Positions 1 to 11,500 of a stretch of 64,000 nt of DNA are shown here, piece by piece. The position numbers were made by a program, and so were the translations under genes. The stretch's first letter is position 1. Every line of letters begins with the position of its first letter. Where the stretch lies: the NCBI GenBank assembly GCA_020137815.1, contig CM035361.1, forward strand, positions 3,658,001 to 3,722,000, written 5' to 3'. Below the pieces are notes generated by a model. That model did not search any database. It was not told where the DNA came from and was given only the letters and a program-made list of their open reading frames with translations. This stretch comes from Hormiphora californensis (taxonomy: Eukaryota; Animalia; Ctenophora).

Positions 1-120
1 GATGCAGTAGCACAGTTCAGTTTTTCAATTGGGGTTATTTCGAGTCTTTTTAGCGAGCAGAAGACCTTTATACGACTTCAGGGGACTTCGCGTGGGGGGG
101 GGGGGGCAGGGGCAATACCC

Positions 121-338
121 TAGTAAAAAAGCAGCCTGGCGTTGCTTTTTGAGCGAAAAGCTTGGCATCTGAGCCAGCCTTCTCAGCTCCGTCGATAGCC
201 ACCCCAAAGGCGAAGTGCGCTCACTTCGCCTAGCTTTTCATGGGGTGCAGGTTATCGACGGAGACTAGCCTGGCTCAGACGCCAAGCTTTTCGCTCAAAA
301 AGCCACGCTTTCGCGACGCGCAGCCAGGCTATTTTTCT
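121..338. mobile_element. Degenerate palindromic MITE-like element
   Basis: Arms agcctggc..tttttgagcgaaaagcttggc / gccaagcttttcgctcaaaaag..gccaggct around the central hairpin aggcgaagtg-cgct-cacttcgcct. Confidence 0.6.
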
Positions 339-1134
339 ATCTCTTACTATGTTTTGACAGAGGGGAGGGGGGTCTTTAAATCAATATACAGTAGTTATAA
401 CTGCAGTTCCCCAATGGTGTATTATTTTAATAGATATATAGTTGTAGAAATTCGGTCCGACAACTATTAGAGGGGGGAATGATCCTCGGGCCTGTCCTAG
501 GTAATTAAGGGCAGCCGTCTTTAGTGCGCGACGTGGTGGGCGGGTCATTAGTTGAGGTGCATCATGGTGGGTGGGAATTAATAAATCCCAATTACTATAT
601 AGTATATTTAGTAGTACTCTATCTTCTATAACAGTATTACTTGCTATAGGCTTCAATGGGACAACAGTGTCAATAATTCGGTATGGAGAGGGGCTAAGGC
701 GTTTCTCTCTCTCTTCTTTTCTCCTCTATAATCCTTCCATTCAAGGAGAAGAGAGAGAGAGAGGAGAGATGAGAGAAGAGAGAGAAGTAGAGATTGGAGA
801 GAGCAGAGAGATAGAGACGAGCGGAAGAGAGGGAGAGAGACAGGAGGCATATTGATACGGAGACCGACGAGAGAGGACAGAGGACGGAGAAGACGCGTGC
901 TTAAGGAGAGAGAGGCGAGAGGAGCAATTAGAGATAGAGAAGTAGGAAAGAGAGTATCTCGATCGCCGTCGATGGCTCGAGTATAGATCAGATATCAGCC
1001 TCATCTCTCGTCTCTCTCTCCCCGTGATACTGAGCTCTTTCGCTCTCTCTCTATTCTTGCCTCTCCCTCAAATAGAAAGATGACACTACTGTCACAGTGT
1101 CACAGTGGGTCAAACTAGGCCCCGGCCAGAGAAA

Positions 1135-1786
1135 TCACACGTTTGTTAATTTCTTTTGTGTAGGTTTTCCTAGGCGATTCTTGTAACGTGCAGCAATTTC
1201 TTGTATTTGGTACGAGGGCAATATATCGAGAACCGAGTTAAACTCGCACCGGAGCCAACCATTCGAGCTGAACATATCATTGTTAGTGAGGGCTATTTGC
1301 CCCAAATGGTACTATATTTCATGATGACAATGAACTAATTGAAACTCGATGATCTTCCCGCATCGATTTGTTTTGTTCAACCCGTGCGCGAATGGCAGTC
1401 TACCTTGGCCTTGGCAAGGATCGATATGATATCCCTTGAATTGTTTTGCTCAAACCGGGGATCGATCAGACCTTGATCTGAATCCGATATATAGCCGCAT
1501 GAAATAATACTGCTATATAGTTATTATGACCGTACTGTCACACAATTCTGGGCTTTATTCAATGAACGAATCGGAATTAGATGTGGTCGTAAGAAAGGAA
1601 ACAATTCACTATCATGATAGTTCCAGACCAGCCCTGTTTCAAGAAAATAAAACAATACACACCTAGGTTACATTGTCTTGTTCAGACTCGTCGCTGCGAG
1701 AGAGTCTCGTACCTGTATGGCGCCATGGCAGAGTGGCGACAATATGGTTATCAGGGTAGGGGAAAAAGGAGAGAGGAGAGAGTGAG

Positions 1787-1873
<87 letters not shown>

Positions 1874-1921
1874 AGAGGGAGGAGAGAGAGAGAGAGAGAG
1901 AGAGTAGGAGAGAGAGAGGAG

Positions 1922-1952
<31 letters not shown>

Positions 1953-1991
1953 CGAGAGTATGAGGAGCCTCGCTATATCTCTCCTCTCTCT

Positions 1992-2045
<54 letters not shown>

Positions 2046-5000
2046 TCTCTTTCTCTCTCTCTCTCTCTCTATCACATGAGTTATTGTACCATCGGTGCAC
2101 GTGAACTCAGGGCGACAAATATCCGCATTAAACACATGTTTAGACAATGTCTATTAGGCACGCTTTACCCCCTCCCAGCTATTGAAACAAGTCGGTGGCA
2201 GGGTGTTATGCAGCTCCTGCCTATTTTGCAGCGACGACATGAACTGAGGTGTTCCTCCAGTACAAGCTGCTTCCTTGTAATTACTTGTTTTGATAGATTC
2301 ACAATTCGTATCTATTCTTAATTAATAAAGTAGAAATGCGTGGTGGTAAATTTAGCACTTTCAGCTTTCCTCGGTTTGATCGATCATCAGATAAATGTAG
2401 CACTATTCGGTCAAGTTGGGCTACTGCAACTGACAGCTCAGACTAGATATATTAACTGATTCACTGAAAAGCAGTTTATCCAAAAAATCTCTGCGTGATA
2501 TTGTGACAAATGAACTATTGCGAGACAGTAGATTAGTATATGCTTGTCCCCTAAAATTCCAATGATTACATCATCCCAATCGAAAACTCATCTACCGTTA
2601 CTAATTTGTGTCCCAACCCCCTGGCATGGCGGCCGTGGAGGTGTGGTATGGTCTGGTCCTTTGGGTGCCATTGTCAACCTAGTCTTATTACATTAGATCA
2701 TCGCGCCAGTACCATCCCATAGTACCTCAAGGTATTGAAATATGTCAAAAGCAAATATTACCTAATTTCCCGCCCCCCCCTTCCCCTGACCCCTCCCCGA
2801 TCCCACCCCTCCCCTCCCGGCCTATAAAAAACGGTTTTTCATTACTACAAGCACAGTAGTTAGGTGCGCTTTACCGCGGACTCCCAGCTATTGAAACAAG
2901 TCGGTGGCAGAGTGTTATCCCTCCTGCCAACTCGCCCATTTCGCAGCGTTTTCCATCAGTGCACTAGGCTTCCTTGTCGAGTAATTAATTGTTTTGATAT
3001 CTCCAGTCTTCAAAATAAATATAGAATTATTATACTAGCTAAATTATGAAGCCTGATTTTCGAACTTTCAGCCATTTTATAGATTTTTTATGATTCCCTA
3101 GAGTTTTAATTGATATTACCATACATCCATTTTAGTGAACAGCTATAGGTAGTCTCTAGGGCAAAGTGGTCCACTCTGGGGCAAAGTGGTCCACCTCTAG
3201 GACCATTGAAATGGTGCCTGCAATACCACGTGACATTGGAATACTGCACTGGGACAAAGTGGTCCAGAGGAAAAATGTAGTCCAGTCGGTCAAATTATAT
3301 ATAATAGGGGCAAAGTGGCCCAAGGGCCATGTTCCATTGTTCCGGTGCAGAACATGGGCCACGTTGCCCCTGATTTGATCGTTTCTCTAACAACACCAGG
3401 CACGTGATAAAATCGAGCAATACTATTGGCTTGGTCCACTTTGCCCCGGTGCAAATTTTCCGAAAAAAGCCTCACCAAATTTTTAAATTGATTAGTTGAC
3501 CCATTTAATGAATCTTGTAGATTTTAAAATTTAGTTCGACTGAAAGGAAAACTTTTCAATAGATAGCCTATATATTTTTTTTTCTACTGTATAAATTGCG
3601 TGTTTTAGAACCTAAAACGTTAAAAATGGGCCGATTTTACCCCAGTTTACCCTATATAAATACTTTTATATGAGTGACAACTCAAGCTCACGAAACAGTG
3701 CATTCCACCAAAGCTTCATTTCATTTTACCATTTGCATATCTCGCTCTGCAGCCGTAGTGGTTACATTTTTAAAAGGATTCAATTTGACGCCTCTGCAAG
3801 TTAGTGCACAAAAGAAGAGAGATTTAGAGAGATTGCGTGCTAGTATAATTTGCAGTAGTCTATTTGCATGCACCATTGCGCCGTCTAGATCATTGATCTT
3901 AGCAAAATAATGATGGATGTTTTACCGACTCATTTAATTTATCGATACATGTGATGAGTTATAATAGATCGAGAGAAGATTCACCAGTTCAACTGAACTG
4001 AGAATGTAGACTGTACTGACTAGACTGCTAAGACCGGAAAGAGAGAGACCTCTCCGCAATGCCCAGACTGCTAAGACAGACCACTGGCAGGATGCGAAGA
4101 CTGGAAAGAGAGAGAGAGACCTCTCAGTGCCCAGACTGTACTGCCAATTAAGACTGCTAAGACAGACCCCTCGTATATTAAGATTGGTATAACAGTACTA
4201 GGTACCAGCTAGGATTACGGTGTCTCTCTTTGTTCCCCGATCGGAGAGAGGGATCAAGCCCGCTAACAGGGTGTTACTAATATACTGCAGTTGATCCTCG
4301 ATTTACCGGGCAAAACCTTGTCCCTATAGAGAGCATCCCGGTAAATCGGGGTCCGGTAACAATATATGTATATCGAATCTCCGCATCATAATATGCCACG
4401 CATATCCCGTCTAACTGAAATTTGTAGTAAATAGACTTGCAATTTGATCTATCACAAATTACCCTATATGATCTGCACTGCACTGCCGGCCGAATTAGGA
4501 AATACTGGTCCCTGATTGGCTGATAACCAGTCACGTGACCTAAATAACGAGTTCTGATTGGTTGTTTACTTGTTTCGGCCGAATTAGACTTTGTAGTTTA
4601 TCGAGATGAGCGTGTCTCTAATATGTTGTCTCTTTTATGTGTTATAGGTTTCCACAATTTGAGATATCCTATAGTGCATACTTATAACGATTTTGTATCC
4701 GCAATCCCAACACGTGGAGATCGAGCTATGACCGCGGCTTCTCTGCAGTGTCCTAGATTATAGGTACTCACCAAATATTTAGTACTGCATAGTATTATAT
4801 GAAACTTAGTATATCACTTGAGTGCACAGAAACACAGCGATCTCGCTAAATCTATTGAGTCTTCTATTGTAATAATCGTTTGGCACTATCAATTTCTGGC
4901 ATTTGGCAATATCGATCTGGCAAAAGTTTTCTCAAATTGCACGTGCAAGTATGGTATAACTGCCGTCGATAGTTGATACCTATGCGGCAGATAGCTATTA

Positions 5001-6550
5001 GAACAAAGATTTGTAAATGATTAGTAATCATATAATAGCATTTGTTACCCGCCTTTATTTCATAATAACTGCTAGGGTCGATATAAATAATTTGGGATGG
5101 ATTTCTCAACGGAAACAATTTAGATTTCTATACGACTCGCTCAAACTCTTTTTTTTCTCATTCGGAATGAATAGTTCAAGCGCTATACATCTGGGATCAG
5201 TCCCCTATATGATCTAGCGATCATACATGTAGAGCTTATAATTATTATAGTTAACTGTATGCATTCAATGTTGGTAAATCCCTATAGTTAGTAGTAATAT
5301 GGTGTGGTTAGAGGAGACATGCTCAAGATTCCATCGATTAATCTTGTTGAACATATAATGGTAATTTACCCGTTATTGTTATAACCCCTTATTGCAGTTT
5401 CTGTTCAGTATAGTTATCAGATGCCGCACGCTGATCTATCGAAACAAAATGCTCGACAAATCCTAGCAACGAATAAACATTCCATTTTTAATTCTTTTCT
5501 TTTAGGCCTCATCAAATCGTTATCTATAGATAGTAATTCAGATTTTGTTATCTAACAAAATGGAAATTATTCCCAGGATTTATCAAGATGACGTCAGAGA
5601 ATTTATCCATCCCCCGCACGCGTAGGAGTTGTGCAGGACATATATTGTTCCCCTTTATTCAGAGATTTCAATGCAAAAATGACGTCATATTATGCCCACA
5701 TATTAAATTATATGATAAGGCCCACCCACTAACTGAAGTATAATATGTTAATCTGTGAACTGTAACCGACCCACGCGGGAACTCAAACGCGTCAGACGTA
5801 CAGGTGCAGGTCATCTAGCTACTCATGCAGTTTCCTTTAGATCGACTAGTCCCATGCTTCATAATTAGTTCTCCTGCTTGAATGGCATTTTCGAGCACTT
5901 TTTGATCTATGCAATACTGCTCTAACAGATGGATAAACTTTTCTAGATTTTAGATCCCACTGCATGGACCGAGAATTAGAGGTGTCATAGTTAATTTCTT
6001 TTGCCTCTTTCCTCGATCGAATATATCCAATAAACTTATCCCATACTTCACCAATATGACGTAAATTTTCTATCACTCGTTTCAAAAATTACTCATACAA
6101 ATTACAGAAGCTCTACCGATTCCCTATATTTCCTTTCGGAATGACGTGATCGTGATAGATAAATGGAATTGAAACAGTATAAGTCCCATGTGTCGAGGAT
6201 ATTACGCAGCATTACAGACAGCTCTAAATTACAGTGTTATATATATAAGTATCATCTTATAGTAAAATATAAATGCGATGACTTTACGAATTACTCGAAT
6301 CTCTTCAAGTTGTTTGGCAACCCGTATAATACTGCTGTCCGTTTATACCTTCAGTAGTTCAGTAACTGTGATCACTTTTGACTTTATTCCAGAACATGCA
6401 TGCTTCCCGCGTTTTGAAATGCCATGTCGGCCGATATGAGATATTATGTAACTTGTGTGCAGTTTGAAGGGTTTCTATGAAGGAAGTTGTCAGCGTGATT
6501 TGCAGTATTAAAGCAATACAACCAACTTGAACAAACAATTGTGTTTCCAT
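1135..6550 (-). pseudogene. Frameshifted or error-ridden gene resembling prolyl 4-hydroxylase alpha N-terminal/TPR modules
   Basis: Signal-like start METQLFVQVGCIALILQITLT (6550); fragments SDAFEF..VGY (~5780, needs a frameshift), YFAKINDLDGAMVHANRLLQII (~3910-3845), SAKRLLQ..DLARSLCFCAL (~4890-4820), YHLGQIALTNNDMFSSNGWLR (~1310-1250) resemble P4HA DCFELGKVAY..W and GDLDKALLLTKKLLEL by eye. Many stops and indels. Confidence 0.3.
3158..3653. mobile_element. Probable Tc1/pogo-type MITE
   Basis: Imperfect termini tagggcaaagtgg ... ccagtttacccta; internal repeats of gggcaaagtggtcca in both orientations. Confidence 0.5.
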
Positions 6551-8586
6551 TATCCGTGTCAGCGTTGCGAATATAAAAGTTGAATTGCCCAGACTCTGAC
6601 TTTTCCAGACTCTGACTTTTACTCACAGATCGACACGGATCATTGTCTATTGCGCACCCAGACCCCCCCCCCCCCGGTTCCGCCACCCCTGATATCGTCT
6701 ATTCAAGGTGGTCTACTAGCTTGCTGCCCGATCCTGTCTTTCCACATTTGGATAGGGAATAACTGTATTAATCGCCTGAAATAGCAACCTAAGTAAATAT
6801 AATATTTTAGCGATATAGTGAGGGAGATATAATATTTTAGCGATAGTGAATTTGAGTGAGCAAGAACTATAGCTATAGCAACTCTGGAAAGATATAGATT
6901 CACAGAATCAGGATGATTCTTAGATGATTCTTATCTATAGGTCTGGCAGACTAAAACTCAGATCCTATATAAGTGATATAATCTAGATGATAGAACGTAG
7001 CTGATTCTAGGTTTCTATTTTTCTAAATCCTAGGTTCCAGAATTAAATCTTATCTAGTGGCTAATGATTCTAGGCAGGAAGTAGGAACCAACCGAAACAA
7101 GTAAACAACCAATCAGAACTCGTTATTTAGGTCACGTGACTGGTCATCAGCCAATCAGGGACCAGTATTTCCTGATTCGGTCGGTTCCTGATTCTAGATT
7201 TTCTAGGTTCTAGAATTGCAGTCTTGCAGACTCTAAAAAATCCCATATCAAGATTAACTCCTAGTACGAGATAATTCATATGCTGCAGTCGCGATCGATC
7301 TTGCAGACTTTAACACTTTAACTCCTAGTAGGAGATGATTCTACTAGCTCCTGCAGCCTAGAGTGCAGACTGGATCCAATATTAAGATCCGCCTAGTAGA
7401 GTCTAGGATCTCATTTGGATTCTCCCGCGTATCATGCAGCTACCGCAGAGTGAAAAGCGTGAATTATATTATATCCTAATAATTGAATATCCCATCTGGA
7501 ACAATCTCATACAGGGCATATTATATACTGAATTTTAGCTGATCTATATCCTCCATAAATATTCTGAAGTTTCGACTCTGCTGCAGTAATCTGCAGTGGC
7601 CAGTGCTGCTGCACATATCTGAGCTCAGCTATGAACTCTAGGTTGCGTTTGAACCATGAGAGACAGCTTGTATACGTCTTATCCTGCTAATATCTGGTCG
7701 AAATTGCAACCTTCATCCTAAGAAATTAAGTAAGTATACTTATTTAGCAGAATTTAGCAGAGCTAAGATGAGGAGTTATAACTCCTCATCTTAGCTCTGC
7801 TAAATTCTGCTAAATTCTGTCGAGCTCTTATACTTTGTCAGTCATATTGTGCAGCAATAGCTGATCAGTAATATATATTCAAGGCGACGTGTGTCTGTGC
7901 ACACCTTTATGTCAAGGTCAATTGAGAATGACTAATTAATTAGTTTGAATGGCTAGCCTAATTACTAGCCTTATTACTAGCCTATAATTACTCTTGACCA
8001 CTTCCCATTAAAACCGCGCTTTTAAATACTAGCTAACAGTGCACTTTCTCGCTTGAACAATATTAGTTTTGCTGTCGCCTGTCAGTTTTCTAACTTAGCT
8101 CTCGACCAGGTTTCAATGCACCAGACCCCAGACCCGATCTGAGCGATGCTGAAAACAACGGGGTTAGCTCCAGAATTATTTCTCAGATATATTAGCCCCC
8201 CCCCCCCCGGCACCCCATTAACTAATAATATAACATCAACTGTTATATAGAAATGATATTGGTAGTAGCGCTCGTTTTATCGGGCCAGATCATGGTAGCA
8301 GCAGGAGGGGAAACTTTGGTGGCAGCAGGAGGGGACACTTTGGATGATCTTCTTGTGGCTCGATTCAACGGTACAGTGATCGGACCCCGGTAAATCGGGA
8401 TACCGGTAAATCGGGGCCCGCTAAATCGGGGTACCGGTAAATCGGGGTACCGGTAAATCGGGGCCCGGTAAATCGGGGTCCGACTGTATATATGGTGTTA
8501 CGACATGATTAGTAAATTCATAACCAGTTAATTTAACATCTCTCTCCCCCTCCACAGATTTAATAAAACTGAATCACATTGATGAG

Positions 8587-11500
8587 ATGGGGGAGGATGA
8601 GAGGATGATGCGAGGGGCTGTTTTCTCCATTGCCTGTCTCGTATCAACACCTAATTGGAACACCACTACTGAGTGAGTTTTTTGTAGTATTTTGTAAAGG
8701 CAATATATTTGTAATACAAATACTTAAATAACTTTAAAATACTTTACTCTTCTAAATGATTAGAATAATTTTAGTAGTGGAACTGGATATTAAATGATCG
8801 GAAGATTTTGCTAAGAATAACCTGACCAAGTATGATCACGGCGGGAACATATAATCAGTTTAGACGATTCGATAAAAATACTAATGCCCCTCTTTACCGG
8901 GTGGAGGGGGGGGTAAATATTTTTATGCACTTTCGTATATGTGCCTGACATATTATGTATATCATGGTGCAGGTGGAGTCTACCGCCCGTCATGACACGT
9001 ATACTGCCGGACCCTGATTTAGGGACACCCTCGGGGGAAAGGCTCTTGTCCACTAAATCGGGGGCCCCTAAATCGGGGTCCGACTGTTATAGTATCATAC
9101 TGCATAAAAAGATTTTAAGATTATAACGGATTGCAGTGACTATTGTATGACAGCGATGTAATTTATGTAACGCTCTAATTTGGATTATATCCAAGCTGCA
9201 GGACTGATTTTACTTGTTAGTATCTGCAGCAGGAACCGACCGAATCAGGAATTACTGGCCCCTGATTGATAACCAGTCACGTGACCTAAATAACGAGTTC
9301 TGATTGGTTGTTTACTTGTTTTGGTCGGTTCCTGATCTGCAGATCAAAAACAGTAATTTGTTGAGAACGTCCCTCAGCATGAAGTATTAATTAATATAAT
9401 ATGACCGTCCCAGTAAACATACAGTTCCAATATTATTGAATATAAATAAGAACAAACAGATGGAGTCCACTGGAGCAAGGCCAGTGGCCACCCGCGTCTG
9501 GGTATCAGAAACAAGTTTTTAAGAACTTTAATCGGCATGGTCACTGGTCAGTCCCAATATACATGGCATGCAGATATTAGGGTTATTTTGTTCAAACTCT
9601 ATAACAATCAGGAATTTGTTTTATAAGATCCCGGTTAACCTAGATAGCCCGGATATTTGACATTTTTGAGATTTTAAAAGGAAGCTCGTGGAAATTTTTT
9701 ATTTTCATTATGACGTCATAGAATCTCGTCTCAGCATATGATACCCCTAATTATCTCGGCCAAAGATGCACGTGCTTCTTTTTCAGGGTATCATTATATG
9801 ATACCCTGTATCATAAGGCATTATCATTATAGGATCACTGAAGACTGAAAAGTAGCGGATCAAAGATATCCAATCAGTCAGGCACGGCCAGAGTAGCATG
9901 GGAGCTTTTTGCTCCATGTGCATGGCAGCAGGTCGATTCTGCAGCAGGAATATATTCAATCGGTGAGATCATAATCATTCTGCTGCAGAATGAACCAGAA
10001 CCTTCCCTTTTTTGAACCTCTATCTCTCTAATCTATAATGTCAATATTACTGGCCGACTCAATGAATTCCAACCCCCATCTCTCATCTCAGAGCATCAAA
10101 TTCAAACCCCAGATATCTCATATCTCAGAGCATCAAATTCCAACCCCATATCTCATCTCAGAGCAACAAATTCAAACCCCAGATATGATCTCATATCTCA
10201 GAGCATCAAATTCCAACCCCCATTTCTCATCTCAGAGCATCAAATTCCAACCCCATTTTTCATCTCACATCATAAAATTCCAACCCCCATCTCTCATATT
10301 CTCAGAGCATCAAATTCCAACCCCCATCTCTCATATCTCAGAGCATCAAATTCCAACCCTCATCTCTCATCTCAAAGCATCAAATTCCAACCCTATCTCT
10401 CATCTCAGAGCATCTCAGAGCATCAAAATTACCTTCTCATCCTCTCAGAGCATCCCAACTGTGTCCGGACATCACCACGGACGCCCTGTACCTCCCAGAG
10501 GAGCTAGACTCAATGAACTCGGGCACAGTTCTGGAGAAGAACAAGGAGATGGTCCCGCCAACAGAGGATGTGCCAGAGGAGGACCGATATTGGGGGAGGG
10601 CCAGACGATCGGTTAGTTATAATTATTGTTAATTAGTGATAATTAATTAATTCGGGCCCCGATTTACCGACCCCTGAATTACCGATATTCACGCCCGATT
10701 TATCTGGGTCAAATACCGTGCACCCCGATGTACCCGAGCATGAACCCGGTAAATCGGGGCCCGACTGAGCTCATTATAATCATGGCTTTTGATGCACAAT
10801 TGCCCCAATTGAAATGTCATTATAACAGCTAAAAGAACTAGGCTCACATTATTTGATAGTCTAGTCATGATGATGACAAATTAATAATGTGACAGCTCTT
10901 TCTCTTTCTCAATTCTCTCTCTCATCCAGATTATTGATCTTAGCCACATCAATTCATGCTCTCTCTTTCAGGGTACTCCAAGTAGTTTTGATGTCAGGGA
11001 TGAGCTCAATTGGGTCTCCGATCCACCGGTCCAGGGTGTATGCGGAAACTGCTATATTCACGCAGGTAACATCTGTAGTTTAAATACATCGTAATTGCAC
11101 TTAGAGACATGGTTTCGTGGCCGAGCGGTCTAAGGCGCCAGTTTAAGGCACTGGTCCTCCGGGGCGTGGGTTCGAATCCCACCGAAGCCAACTTTTTTTG
11201 GCATTTTTCTTTTTCCTTTTTTGTATTTCATCGTACCCAGTTAAGTAATAAATCAAATAGCTAATTAACAGAATTTATAGTAGCTTTTACCGCAGGGAGC
11301 AGGGAAAAAAGTACATTTAAAAAAAGCATTTAAAGCCGTATCATACTTTCGACTACTTTAAACAAAAAAGTTGGCTTCGGTGGGATTCGAACCCACGCCC
11401 CGGAGGACCAGTGCCTTAAACTGGCGCCTTAGACCGCTCGGCCACGAAACCATGAAGATAACGCAATTTGGAAATACCAAATACACGTACAAATACATCC

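Noticed and set aside
10038-10616. 192-aa ORF
   Set aside because: Mostly intronic minisatellite; the real exon 10449-10611 is in another frame
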